Origin: Catajapyx aquilonaris
Taxonomy: Eukaryota
Length of the DNA stretch: 51,777 nt
Direction of reading: 5' to 3'
Assembly: GCA_000934665.2 (NCBI GenBank)
Contig: KZ540085.1
Span: 1 to 51,777 of the forward strand
In this document: one piece after another, positions 1-14,043 of the stretch
How positions within the stretch are numbered: position 1 is the first letter of the stretch
Layout: each line of letters starts with the position of its first letter
The notes under the pieces: model-generated
The model's input: the letters and a program-made list of their open reading frames with translations, nothing else
Database searches by the model: none
What the model was told of the DNA's origin: nothing
Program-made: the position numbers and the translations under genes

Positions 1-2546
1 GGGGGTGTGGGGGGGGGTCCGTTAATTAGGTAATGAATCATATTTTTATGCAATTGGGTACCAATTTGGTTGCCCCATTTATCCGGAATATGTGTTGTTA
101 GTTTGCCCCTAATTATGTTTATTGAGAGGTAACTCTGCTGATCGCAATGGAGATAAAGCGGAATTTTTGCCAGACGGTCACTATGGCGCCAAGTGACCAC
201 GTCTCGACCGCGTCTGACCCGTAAAATTCTGAGTGATCTTAATGGCTGACCAAGATGGCGGTCGTGATGCCACAATATGGAGGCGGCCATCTTGGTCGTC
301 CGATTAATTCAAAATGGCGTGTATTTTCCAAGGCCTCTCTTTTTGAGGTCTATTGTGCGCGACTTTGTGAGCAGGAGCTGCCATCCTGCGGGGAACTTTC
401 CTCCAATCCTGGGAAGAATCCTCATTAGGATCCAGCTGTGCCTTTTAGACACGGCTTGGGTAATCACGATGGGCCGAGATAGGATGAGCTACACATTCTG
501 TTATCACAAGTAGAGAATGTTGGGGGCAATCAAGCTTCATTACGAGCCAAGCCGGGCCCTCCCTAGCTTTGTTGGCAGGGGCTTCAAGAAGCTACGGAGA
601 ATAAGAAGAGAGGCACTGCCTTTATACAAAACTTGTGCATGTGCATGTGCCCCTTTTATGCCAAACTTTGCACACTGTTGGGGCGTCAGATAACATTGAC
701 GACCCAGTGTTTTTGTAAGAAGTGGGGGTTCGAACGAACCTATAATGTAAGTTTCTTGTCCTTCTCAGGTGACCCTTTGGCAGCATGAATGGTTGGCTAC
801 TGTGCAAGCAAGCAAGCCCCTGAAAAGTAAGTCTCCCTTGAAGCATGTGGCGGGAATCCTTTGTCCTCCGGGGGCATAATTATATCCCGCCCCCTTGTTA
901 TCCCGCAGCGGGGGTATTTTATTAATAATGATCATGTAGCCAAGTAGTCCTTCTCGCTGGCGCAGGAACGAGACGATAGGCCGCTAATTAGGCCCTTGTC
1001 GCCGGGTTGAGCCCAGGCAGCCAGGCACAAGCGGCAGCCAGCGTAATTAAACAGGGTGGGTGGTGGGGGGTTGGGACCAGGAGTGGGAGAGTTCTGATGT
1101 TGTTTCTGCTGCCGTCGACTTTGCTCGTCTCTTCTCTCGTCCCGTCACTTTCTTCTGGGGGCATCAACAGCTGGGCAGGCCCTTTGGAACCTTTGGAGAG
1201 TCTATAAGGATCTCTCTCTCTCTCAGGCCTATCGGTTTTCAACGAGGGGAGACAGCAGCAGACAGGGGTCGGGGTGGCTATCCAGTTGCCAACTAACTCA
1301 GGCGGCACCAGTAGAGTTGCCAATTTCCGAAATTATTGGCGCACTTGTTTTTCGCCTATTTAGTTTTTATTGGGCAGTCAGGGTCGGAGGCATTAAAACA
1401 GGTGGAGGGCATTGACACGTGCGACAATGAGTGCCAGGGAATGCAAGGGGGTGGTTACATCAGTGCTTGAATTGCGCGAATTAATCCGGGGGAATTGGTT
1501 GGCTGGATTTGCACGCAGAAAGAAAGTATACAGGAGAGTGTGTTTAGGCGCTACTCTGGCCATACCTGGGACTGTTTGTCGTCAGTGAGAACAGACTTTT
1601 TTACAGCCTAAATATCTCCTTGAAAGTGACCAAACATTATGTCAAAAAGCAATCTTTAGGGCTAAAAATAATTGCCAATGTATTTCATGATTACAACCAC
1701 AACTTTGTCTTTCACACACCAGCCATTCAACCAATCATGTCCATCTCCCCTTGCATGTTTTCTGAACCTATCAGAGCAGTCCATCCTCCTCCCCTACCAA
1801 GCCATAATCTGGTAAGTAATCCTACTATACAGGAGAAATCCTGTGCACGTGTCCCCCTATAGCTGCCAGAGTGTATCATGAAAAATGCATGATTATTGTT
1901 GTTTACGTGCCACAGGTGTGGGATATCTTATTACAGTATTATTATTGAGTTGTACATATTATTGCATCTCCCTCTCTCTCCACTCTAATCAGCCGTAAAT
2001 GATAAATTCCTAATGTACAACGTGGCAAATCTAAATGAATAGCGCTATTGATTGAACCACATTTTGAAGGGCTGATAAATAGACTTCTAAGAATAAGTGT
2101 TGGAAAGCAGCACTTCGAGATAAGTAACTTAGAGTGCGAACTGTAATTGCAGCGTATAATCAAGAGTACTTTGGCGTGGTATATATGGCCGGAATTTAAT
2201 GATATAGTTTTACGCCCGCAGAGCAATTTTGATGATGAGAGGTATTTCCCGAGGAAACGGTGACCAAAGCGGTTTTCCCCTCGCACACGCTGAGACTGCA
2301 CTTCCCTACAAAATTAGATGCCGTAATATTATTGTTGCCCAGTCAACCGGTAACGTGCAAGGGCCCAAAGTGTGTATCCAGTTTGTTCTTAACGAGTAGT
2401 TTCACGCTTTGCACTGTTACCTACATATTGGGGAGCAGTTAAAATACCTCCTTCCTTCGAGAGAGGCCTACCCTCTTCTGCACCCATGGCTGACCTAACA
2501 CATTCTAAATTAATAAATGAAATATTAATATTAGTGAAATATAACA

Positions 2547-3107
2547 CAGTTGACTCCCGTTATAACAGCCTCGGCTATAACATACTTTCGGTTACGACAG
2601 ACTCGAAAGGCCGGTCCCGGCAAACTTCCATAAGACCCTTCGTATTTTTACTCCTGATGTAACATACTCATTTTCACCTCACCTTGGCTATAACATATAA
2701 TTTTTTGGCCCCTCAGGGGGAAAAATATGCTGTTTTTGATTACAGCACCTTCCTTCCCCATGCGCAGGATGGCAGAGAACACTCGAGAGGGGGTGATTTT
2801 CGCATCTGTCACTTATCTAAGCTACTCAAAATAATCCTATTTTTGGTATTTTTGGCAACAAGGGGAAGGCAGAAGAAAATTACGATTTTTTTGGCCCTGC
2901 ATAACTGACGGGTGAGCTAATTTTACACTTTCGTGGATATAACTTAGGTTCATTAATGTATGCAGTGTAGTAGGCATTATAAACATAATATGCAAAACAG
3001 AAAACTTGGTGTATTTGTTGCAAAAGTGGCGGTTTGGCTATAACAGACCTAGGTTATAGCATACTTTTCCGTGGTCCCTTGAAGTCTGTTATATCCGGAG
3101 TCAACTG
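2547..3107. mobile_element. Non-autonomous Tc1/mariner-superfamily (pogo/Tigger-like) MITE, 561 bp
   Basis: TIRs CAGTTGACTCCCGTTATAACAG (2547-2568) and CTGTTATATCCGGAGTCAACTG (3086-3107) match at 20/22. TA follows the right end and CA precedes the left. Subterminal GGCTATAACA repeats are typical of pogo-like elements. No transposase ORF. Confidence 0.85.
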
Positions 3108-3109
3108 TA

Positions 3110-3530
3110 ATAAATATTAACTTGATATCCAATACAATGTGTAATGAAATAAATATCATAAATAATAACTAATAAGGTTCGTATGATACAATAAATTATT
3201 AGTAGAGGGCCTAGCCCTAATATGGGGTAACGTAAATAAAATAAATAAAGAAGTAAATAAAATAAATATAAAATAAATATCTCAGACGCCTGCACTGTAG
3301 TCCAATAATAAGTAAAAAATAATATTATAATTTAAAAGTTAAAAATTAATAACATACAGTGTAATAAATATATACATAATAATACGCGTCATATAATATG
3401 AAGCATTAATATAAAATTAAAATTGCAGACAAATATTTCTCTAGCGTAAAATAAAATAAAATCTTAAGGAAAATAACTTAATTATAAATATGAATGTATT
3501 AGGAATAAAAATGTTTCACACAATTATCAC
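3110..3530. repeat. AT-rich low-complexity tract
   Basis: Dominated by AATAA/ATAAA runs, directly after the pogo-like MITE. Confidence 0.7.
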
Positions 3531-6500
3531 GTGACTACAAGAGATGCCAATAGTAGAGTGTCTGTCGCCCGCGGTCGCACGCAATTGCACCGGAAGTGCA
3601 GACGGAAGTTCCGCGAGAGCCAATCGCACCAAGGCACTTCATCACCTTACTTTAATAGTTGACCGTTATTTTTTCCTTGATTTTTTCCTACTTTACGAAT
3701 CACCCTGTGCATCCTTTATTAAGTGCGCGGATAAGATGGCGGCATTTGGTTGATAGAGGCCGACAGGTGGCAGCAGGCGCGATGATAAAACGAGTGGGCC
3801 TGGTGGGGGGTTATAGGTGGGGGTGGGATGCTGGTGGGTTGGTGCTCCCGGCAATATGAAACCAATTGATTTAGCCGATCCCTTCATTTGATGGGTATTA
3901 ATTGCCAGCACACACCTTCGTGCTTTCAATTAGTGGATTGGGAGCTGTACTTCATTCATGATGGAGGTAATTGATTAATGTAATTAAATCATTAAGAATT
4001 ATGGATTTTTAAGCCTAAAAATGCGGAAGAGATGACGTTGTGTGGGTTAAACGGGTTTGGTGGGGATTGTCGGCTACTAACGAGCGTCTACCATGGGGGT
4101 CTATTAGCGCCGCGGGGGCTAATGCGCCACTGGGGGTGGGGGCTTTTTTTTAAAAAAAAAAGGGAGGGTGGGGGGGTTGTTGTGCTTTATGCCGTAATCG
4201 TGCACAAAGACCATTCAATTTGCTCTTTGACTTTTTATTATGCCGCAAGCTGTACTTACACCGTATTCAAGACTAGTCAGCGCATCATACGCAATTAATT
4301 CTCGCTGGCAGATGTAAATGCGCGATGTTTTTGCGGGAATTTATTTCAGGTAGCCTACACGGCAAATCGGTGTATTTTTTAAGAATTACAATTTTTAATT
4401 TTTAAAATATATCAGTGAATTGGAGTCTGACCAGACAATCACGTATATAAGTTTTGGGTAAATCCTTCGTGAATCTCCGGTGAATCAGAGCAAATCTTAT
4501 ACAAATTTTTCTGAATCATCTTGTATATATAAACCGTCCACAGTAGTTGAATTACATTGGATTCAATCGAATCTTTCACAAAAAAATCATTTCGATTCGT
4601 CTAAAATCATTCCATTTCTCCACATTGCAAAATTCCTATGGTATATTTCCTTGTATCGAACTGGTTTTTCCTAAATTCTTTCCAAGTACAGCCGATTTGG
4701 TCCCATGTAATTGGTCCTTCTCTGGGTCCTCCACCCTCCCCCCCTCCTGACATCAGTCCCACTTTTCCATTCGGTAAAAGTGACTCTAATCCAACTTTTC
4801 AGGCCTTTCCAGGGGTCGGTTGAACATTAGCCCGATTATAAATGAAAGCTTTAAGCGCAGCTGACACGAAAGGCAGGGGAGATGTGGGGGGAGAAACTCT
4901 AAAAAAATACGAGAGAGGTGGGGTCGCTGATGACTGAGACACCATGCATTCGATTAGTGGGTACCGAGTACGGCGCAGGTAAATACCATGCTCTGACACC
5001 TCCGATGACAACTTGATGAAAAATACACCACGAGAAGCACACATGTTGTCCCAAATTGATTATATACGCTTGTTTTTTTCTCTCCTAATAATAATCGAAT
5101 CAGTTACTTTTAGAAGTGATCACTGATCACAAATATTAGCTACTAATATTAATGTTTTATAGTTACATTATTGTACAATTAAAGTTTTGGACAGTGGTTT
5201 AAAATCAGGATTACTAAACTTATTGTGGTACTTCACCTTTTCAGTCCCAAGCTTTTCCATGCCCGGGTCTGTAGATTTTTATTGTATTTTTAAAAGCACG
5301 CGCTTTCCAGTGGTTGGCATGTACCATTTACATTGGGCGTAGTTCAACAGCACTCTATTTGAACGTGCTTAATACGAGTTTATACTGCGCTATCATATAT
5401 AATAATAAAAAAAGTTTGCAGGTATGGAATAATAATGGCTTCGGCTGCGCCCTGGCTAAACGAAAACAATTAAAAATATGCGAAAACCTCGTGGTAATTT
5501 TGCAACTTTGCTTAAAAGGAAAACTTTCCCATTGTACAATAATAACAATAGTTGCTTTATGCGTAAATGGCAGGGGGGCTCGAATATATATGCCTGTGTG
5601 AGCTGCTCTGTTTCATTAATGTATATTTTGTTTATATCCTGTATGATTGTGATTTTATAGCTCTCTGTGGGCATAATGTTATCGCAGTTTTCCGTTACAT
5701 GCGACAGATAAACATGATTCTGCATATTTTTGGCAAGAAAATGTCAGTTTTCTACACTTTGTCAAAATTTTAAGAAATTCGTTTTTTTGGCACCGTTTTT
5801 TTGCGATATTTCCATTGCGTTTTCGTGCAGATGCAAGCATTTATTATGACATCACGGATATTTTGGGAGGGGGGGGGGGCGTCAGCTGGAAAAATCTTGG
5901 TACGAGCACAAGCCGGAATTTGAGTGGGGGGGAGGGGGGTTGAGCCGCCTGCCATACTCCCCCCTTTTTACCCCCTCCTCCTCTCCCCACCCACACTCTG
6001 CCCGCAAAAAGCCTGACTGTTTATGCATTCTGTCCAGCCCAGTATGCAGTTTGATATCCTTCATTAGACGTCCCAGCAGGGGTGATTACCATAAATGCAC
6101 AGCACTCAGGCAAATTACAATCTGGCATGTCGAATGTCGCCCTAATTGCTATATAAACAATCCATTTTCCTAATTCAGTGCTCACGCCGCGCTTCTGCAA
6201 TGCACCAGAAACTTTTGGCCTGCTGGATATGGCGAGAGAGCTGACGATATAAGAGACCATACTGTGTGTGGGTCTACCTTTGTTTATTTTTCGTAACAAA
6301 ATATTTTGTACAAAATCACCAGTGCTGGACATTAATGGTGTCGTACTGGTGGCGCCTTGATCCGCTGTCGGCAATAGAGCTAATCGAAAGTTGCCTTCAC
6401 TTGGGTAATTAATCAAGGGAAGGTGGTCATCCGGAGGAAAGGTGAAGGTGCTGGTCATAGAGATGGCAAATTTCGATCTAGTGAAGCGTGAACGTGGTAA

Positions 6501-6833
6501 TATACGGACTGAGGTAACTATCGATTCGCTCTTTTGCCGCCATCGGCTGGTGGCACCAGCAGTACACTGTACATACCCCAGCCGGGACATTCGTTAGCGC
6601 AGTTTTCATTGGCAGAAAAATTTCACGAGCCAAAAACATCCCCCCCGTGACGGATCCACATATATAGGATTCAGAAGCGATGCCTTGTGGTGTATATGGG
6701 AGGAACCCCCAAACCTGTCCGACTTGAGCATGTTCCTCTCCCGGTTGCGGAAATGGTATGGAAGCGGCCATAAATGCAGATCCGCTCATGCCCTCTAGCT
6801 TTTCACCTCCCTCAAATTTTTTTCGGGGGGGGG

Positions 6834-6861
6834 NNNNNNNNNNNNNNNNNNNNNNNNNNNN
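6834..6861. other. Assembly gap (28 N)
   Basis: Run of N between a poly-G tract and a (GA)n tract. Confidence 0.99.

Positions 6862-6920
<59 letters not shown>
6862..6920. repeat. (GA)n microsatellite
   Basis: Perfect dinucleotide run of 59 bp abutting the gap. Confidence 0.98.
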
Positions 6921-6921
<1 letters not shown>

Positions 6922-9900
6922 CAATGAAAAATTGGCGAACAAGTCAAAACCAGCGCCAGACAGAGTTGGAACCTTATTGTTCGGGCCAGGGGAACGCTTA
7001 ATTCAATCCCATTAGGCTACTTGGTGGAAACAGGAAACACCATTAGAGAGCTTCTCTCTGGCTACCTCCCTCCCTCCCTCTGGGGGCCATTGACGCATGC
7101 TTGGGCATTCAAAGCCCCCGCCTGGATATCGCCTCATTGTGGGGATTCCATTAGCCAGGTATTTGTCTTGGTCCGGGTAGCGGGGGCCAGAGTTTTGAGA
7201 GGAGGAGTTAATGCGCGGGATATTAGGCTGCCTGCTGGACCTCACTCTTTTTTTTGGGGGGTCCCAATTGGAAGCTGCTGCCTTTTCCCAAAGAAGTACA
7301 CCCTCTGATGGGCCAAAATGTTCTTAGCAAAATAACTCGGGCGTGGGGCCATCGATCCGAGTATAAACGAAAAATGTGTCTTGGAGCCACTTTTTGGAGG
7401 ACCCCCCAACCTGGCCATGGATGAACCCGACGTTTATCGCTTCCCTTGCCCATTCAATTCCCCCCCCCCCCCCCAACACCAACCTCCCCCCGCAAAAAAG
7501 GGGGGAGAGTGCATCAGTATATAGAGAGGGAGAGGGTATTGTTGCTTTCATCCCCCTCTCTCGATAGGTCAAGGAAATTAATGACAATTGTTGTCATCAC
7601 GAGTATCCTGTCACTCGGCACAATTCGGGGCTCGTCACACGTCTATTGATTTCTCCGGCGCACTCTTGGGTCGGACAGCACTTAATTGATCAGTATATAG
7701 AGAGTGTGCCACACGGCTGTTATACAGATTGCTTTCAGCGCAGGATAATAATAAAAAAATTGTGGAGCTAAAAAATAGTCACGCTACCTCATAGCACTAC
7801 ACTATATAGCTATACGAGTACATTTCAGTGTGAACAACGCCTCGTGAAAATATTCGGACAATTAGATTAGACCAAGTAAAAGGAAGAGTAATAATCCCAA
7901 ACGTGTGGTGCAGGCAACGGGAATAATGAGTGGATGGAAGAGGGCAGGTGCTAATTAACCCTTTCTAACAAATCTTTAGGAGACAGGTGTTTTCTCCAGG
8001 CCCCAGCAGGATCAGTGATTGACAGGAGACCCTGACCTCTTCAGCTGGTTGTGCCTGGGTCACATCTCAAACCGGATTGGGAACTACAAAAATGCCTGGT
8101 GTATAAGGCTTGCAAGGTGAACCAGGAATTAAGTTGATCGCTAAAAATAATATAGCCTATTCAATGTGACAAAATCGTAGATTTTTCCTCCATGTGTTTA
8201 TACAACCGGCCGTTCATCTTTTAAGCTTTATTTTATATAAGTGCATAGTTCATGGTCGTAAGGTAGGTTTGTAAGTAATTGGCAACGTGAAGAGCTCCGT
8301 GATAGTCCCGACGCTTTTCTTGCACGAAATTAAACGCCGAGCACCGTGTAGGTTGAGCCCAGACTTCATTTCCATTTTCCCACGCGGATCGAAAAAAAAA
8401 ACAAAAAAAACGAGTCGAGAAGAAGAATAGAAAAAAAAGGGAGGATGATGATGAAAGATTCCCTTACCCCCACCCTGTTCCTTCTGGTACATTAGTCCAT
8501 TCTTGTTATATGAACAAGAGAGCAAGGATTTGAATCCCTTCGTAATTGGTTCTCACTAAGAAGCCTCTCTATCATGTCTGGCAATTAATTGGCCAGTACA
8601 TGACATGAAAGGCAATTAGGGCCTTCACTTTGGACTTTTTGGCCCATTCAGAATTGGCAATTTAGCTTGTGGACTGGATGGATAGGAATAGAGTCAACCG
8701 AAGGGAGGGGGGCTTTATCGAGTGGATATTTTCTGAAAAGAGGAGAAATCCATCCAAAAAATGATGAAGATTGGTTAGGAAGGTAGCCTCGTCCCTTCCA
8801 AGAGAGAGAGAGAGAGTCCGGCCAGGCAAATTGGCCCTTAGGAATCGGTTGGGGTCAATTGTGAAAATGTCACACCGCCCTGCTGACTCTGAAAGAAGAA
8901 TATACCTGAAGAGGCGATTACTGGGGATATATTTTCCAGCCGGACGAATCTTCCATTGTTGACGAACCTAGGGGGGGAGTCCGGCAATATTTTCGCTGGC
9001 TTAAAATATGTGCTTGTGCCTGGCAGCCAAAAGAGTCTTCTGGAATATATATAAAAAAGAGCCACTCCAAGGACCGTCCATGTTATCCGCTTACGGGACG
9101 CCAGCCCATCTAACAAGCTACTTTGGTAAACGTTATTGGCAAGCTTTTATTATGACTCGTGGCGAAGATGGGAAGGGGGGTAATCGCATCCACTTTTATG
9201 CTGGAAACTAATGGCGGTTGAACTGCATGTAAGGGATGCTGGAGGGACTATAGTCATTCTGATTCAATAAAGTCGTGGAAAGCTCTTAGTGACAACAAGC
9301 TCCTTCTCGAATCAATTTATTTTCATATTTTAGTTGAAGCGCCTAGCGTCCTACACATAGGACCCTTGTCAGTATGTGCTCTTTATCTTCTCATTAAAAA
9401 TTGAACAAAAAATAATTCGGGCACATCTGGCTTAATTCTTAACAGACAGTTAGGCTGATTCAACCAGAGAGACTGTCCCAAGCCCTTCGGACGTATACGT
9501 AATTCCTCTTTGAGCAGACGGCAGTGTCCGATCGGCAACAGAATCGGCCTGAAAAGTAGAAAAGCTTCAGAATGAATAATAATCTGGGTGGAAACGGCAT
9601 TCACCACTCTCTCAACTCTTCGAAGCAAAATTTCTGCAAACATTTTCAGTCGGTGGAGGCTGAGAGGCTTAACGTGTTATTTGCACACACCGAGAAAAGC
9701 CGCTAAAACCAATAGAGCTCTGCCGTTGTGTGTATGTGTCACCGAAAAGGAAACACGTTTATTTCCTTCTCTCCCGGAGTCTTTTGAGTGTGTGATGCCC
9801 GATTGTCCAGCTGCAATCCTCAGCCTTGGGGACTCTGAGCCTCCTTGACTGCTGGAAGACAGCTGGCGAGTGACATCTATGTCGTGAAATTCAACGGTAT

Positions 9901-11318
9901 ACACACCCACTGACAAACTCACCTGTAAGCTTCTCCCATCCGCACCTGTTGACTCTCAACAGTTTTCTTACTATAGGAACATTATTGCACATTTCATCAC
10001 ATACGCTTGATTGGCACGATTGCAATGCATCGCCTTAAGCGCACCTCTTAATGCTCGTGTCTTATTACGATGACGTTTTATTTGGCCGTAATAACTCTGC
10101 TTTTCTGCATCAATAAGAGGGGTGGTCCTAGGGGCAAAAGGGCACTAGTCTCAAATTGCCTTTTGCCAAGAGAGAGACAGCACATATCACGCGGCTTTGC
10201 TCCGAGTGCAGACAAATCTTTCAGGAAGGCAGCAGTGTGCACTTCATAAAGTAAAAGCTTCTCCCCAACCCTCCATGCCTGTAAATGATTTTCCCCCTTG
10301 TGGCTCAAAGTCTTGCCATCAAGTACATCAAGGTTTGCGCAAACAGAAAATTACTTTTATTACCAGCATGCTTGCACCCCCCAAGGCCCTCTCTCTCTGG
10401 CTCTCTAAGGGCAACCTGCATTGCGACTCTTCCGGGCCTGTAACATGTGGTGCTGGATTCAACAATGGTATACAACATCTCGATCGTGTCATTTTTAAAA
10501 TTTTAAATTATTATTCGATATTAATTAATTTCTTGTGTTAGTCGATAGACCTTTCACTTTGCCAGCAGCAGAAGTGTTGTATAGGCCGTGTCTGCACTAT
10601 TTGATTAACACAAATAATGAGCTTCGGACATGAAATGACACCCGTGCATAAAGTGATCCGGAAGTTGGGTCCGAATCATTCGGAAACATCCCGTCGGCTT
10701 TCTTCGCTTCGGTGCTCCGGGTTGATACAAATCAAATGCGGGTGTGGAGAGATTGGTACGTCTTGAGAAAGAATCATGATAGCACGCGAGACAGCTGGTA
10801 GCACAGGGGGCGATTGCTGCTTCTGGGGGTCCAGAACCCACCCACCCCCCCCACCTCCCATAAAGGAATTGGAAGAGTGGGGGTGGGTGGGTGGAGGAAA
10901 CTAATTTTCTTGAGTGCCCTTTTTACCCTATTTTTATAAGTGCGTTGGGATCGTTCCCTTTACCGTCAACTTCCTTACAAGGCCCGACATTTATTATTAC
11001 ACCGGCCTTCTTTACGCTGGCGGATTGTGGGGTGGTTTGGAAGAGGACCGCACCCACCCTCCCTATGGCGACATATCCGACGACCATCGTCGCCTTTCGC
11101 ATCCTTCGCCCAGACCCAACCTCCGCCATTTCCACGCTTCATTCCCCCAGATTTTCCAAGTAACGCCACTCTCAATCCTCCACTCCTTGGAGAGAGAAAA
11201 AATGCCGGCTAATTTAATAACCGACGGACATCCGGTGGCGTTATCGTTTACTTCTACGAGACTAACGCAAAAATATTGTCAGACCCTTTTCATCCGAACA
11301 CGCACTGTATACACCTTC

Positions 11319-11412
11319 GCTCATAGATGGCTCATCTTCCCTCTCTTTACACTACTGCCACTCTCAGGCAGTGGCACTACATGCACTGAGCTCGGACAAA
11401 CAGAGGCACGGA
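11319..11412 (+). repeat. Interspersed repeat family X, copy A
   Basis: GCTCATAGATGGCTCATCTTCCCTCTCTTTACACTACTGCCACTCTCAGG...CACTACATGCAC...ACAGAGGCAC aligns by eye with copies B-F. Confidence 0.7.
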
Positions 11413-13637
11413 CTCAGCATATTCTGGAGTATTTACTCACTCTATCAAACGTATTGCCTGAACCTTGCCCAACTATATACAAGTATTAACCGGTATTAAC
11501 TATGCAACCTTTTAGCAGGAGGAGGGTCCCTGCAGGCCGTTTGCTGTAGCTCGCCATCATTCGATATTCGCGTTTTGCAAAACCGCCTTGAGTCTAGACC
11601 TAAAGGCATTGCTGATGAATTGTGCAAAACTCCAAAATTCACGCGCAAAAAAAAAGAGAGCCGGATCATCAAACTTTCAGAGGATCGAAACTTGCTGGAC
11701 TTTTGCATGCTGGCTAGTCGCGCAATATTAACAACTTGGAACGTAACATATATTCTATCTAGCTCTAGTAATACAGTACTCCATGAACTCGTAATGAGAC
11801 TGGCAAATCGCATGTTTGTGTTCTCAAACTATATAATCCTCCCAACTTAAACCCATTTTTTTTGACACACACAAAAACCAGCGTCGAATATCGGAATTTT
11901 AAAAACACTGGCCCTATACTCACCTTCAGTAGCCGGCAACGTGTAACTGTTGGAATATAGAGGGACTAGTATGTATATATATATTTTGGAATAATTAACT
12001 GGCTGCGGGTCTTGAGCGCTTGGGGTTATGGCGGCTTGAATAGAAGGGCCGGATGATTCTTTGAATGCGGTACAGGGCTTGACCCCCACCCCTCCCTCCC
12101 TCGCCTACTATTCTCTACATAGTCATATAGGTCTGGCTCTTTTATAGGCCTATGTGTGTGCTACCGGTGAAATACGAAAATCCATGCCGCTGCATTGTCC
12201 TCTAGAAGGGCAGAAGGGGTTTTTTCTACCTCATTTTCTACACGCCAAATTATGTTGCAGGCCCTGGAAAAAAATATATAGCAAAGAAAGGTTTGCGGAG
12301 CTACCGCTAGAGGCAGACATGGCCAGATTATTTCTAGAAGTTATTAACGGCTAATAATAATTAAAAATAATAAATGGCCAATGCCTTTAACCCGACTTGT
12401 AACGAAATACAGCAGCCAGAAAGGATTTGGTCCAAAATAGCCCGAAGCGGACGGTACTTCCAAAAATGAGCTGCTGAGGAGAAGAATATGTAATGTGCTG
12501 AGTATGAGGCGCAGGGATCGCAATTATGTGGAAGTAGTCGGCTCCAAAATGGAAGACGTGTAATCAGTGGCGCATTTAATCTGGGTAAGAATGTAAGAGT
12601 CTGGCACGGGGAGGCTTTTACTGCGTTGTGTGCTGTGTATAGAGAGAGAGAGAGAGAGAGGATGCGAGCTTGAGAGATGAATTCTGGGGATAGTGCATCA
12701 GAACATGATTTAAATTGGAAGCTGGATGGATATCGATGCGAGACCAATACCGGGTTCTGTTTCGAGTGACAAAGGGCCTTTGTTGCCTCAGCAGGCCCAG
12801 GGTCGAGAGGTATATAAGGGAGAAGAAGAGAGGAGCAGCCAGGAGACCATTTGGCGGTTCAATTTCCGTAATGACTTGATGCCGTCCAAAATAGCGGAAC
12901 TTGTGAGGAGGGCAAAGTAATGGCGCCGGTCTGTATGCCCCCTTGTCCCGAAAGGGTACCGGAGCGGAATCTGAAAGGCGCTTGTTGTCTTCCCCATGCT
13001 GGAGGCAGAAGCCTGGAGATGCTGCAGATGGACCCTTAGGAAAAAAAAGCGGGTTGCTGGAGCCAACAATCCTGCACCGTGGATTTTGCTGCACAGCATC
13101 CGGCACGCACGCACTTGAGCTGGCACTAATCGGTTGCACGCAATTCTGCTAGCTGCCATTTGGCAATTGTCAAAATTGCACTCAGCCGGCGAGTTAATCC
13201 GGGAGAATAGAGCTCTCCCGTTCTCTCTCTCTCTCTCTCTCCATTTGTCCGTTTGGAGAAGGCGGTGGTGTAGGCATCGGCGATGCAAGCTCCCCCTGGC
13301 TCGCAACTTGGCCATCATTCCGACTTTCTCTCCCACCCACCCCTCCGTTTCGAAGTGCTTTCCTTAAAGTGTTTCCCCGGATTAGTGGAAATGTCCCTCC
13401 GAAGAGCCCCCACGACCTCGATGCAATGGCTTGGGTTTAAAGCCAAAGCGGGGTCCCGGACTGGGGGCCTCTCTCTCTCTCGTGGCGCCCAGTTTTAGTG
13501 TGGCGAACACGTCACTTTCTCCTCCTCTCAAAGGCTACTCCCCATCCCACCACTTGACCTGTGTAATAATGAATGCGGTCCTGTAGTAGGATCCCGACAA
13601 ATTGCATTCGATTCCTCAACACTCAGAGACTCCACTG

Positions 13638-14043
13638 ACCTTCACTTACCTCGACAAGTTTCTTCAACATGCCCAAAATTTCTACAACTATAACAAAATA
13701 AATAATTATGCAAGGATAAGTCCTGCAGTTTTCCACCAGCCGACTTACCTCGACAGCTTCTTTCAACATGGCCAAATTTCAACAACTGTAACAAAATAAA
13801 AATGCAAAGTTAGGTTTGGGTTTAGGTTTAATAGGAACGAGCCAAAGCAACTATAGTTATCTGGCTATCAGAATGCACAAAGGTGTGGGGCAGATGAAGA
13901 GAGAAACGAGAGGAAAATCCTACAATTTTCCACCAGCCGACTTATACCTTCACTTACTTCGACAGGTTATTTCAACGTGGCCAAATTTCACCAAAAATAG
14001 CAAAACATTACAAGGATAAGACCTGAAGTTTTCCACCAGCCGA
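13638..14043 (+). repeat. Degenerate tandem repeat, unit about 100 bp, three copies with an interruption of about 105 bp
   Basis: ACTTAC(C/T)TCGACA...TTCAAC(A/G)TG(G/C)CCAAA recurs at about 13644, 13743 and 13952. TTTTCCACCAGCCGA recurs at about 13729, 13926 and 14029. Confidence 0.85.

Noticed and set aside
13638..14043. Repeat-spacer appearance suggestive of CRISPR
   Set aside because: Units are about 100 bp and homologous along their whole length, with no unique spacers and no cas genes, in a eukaryotic context.
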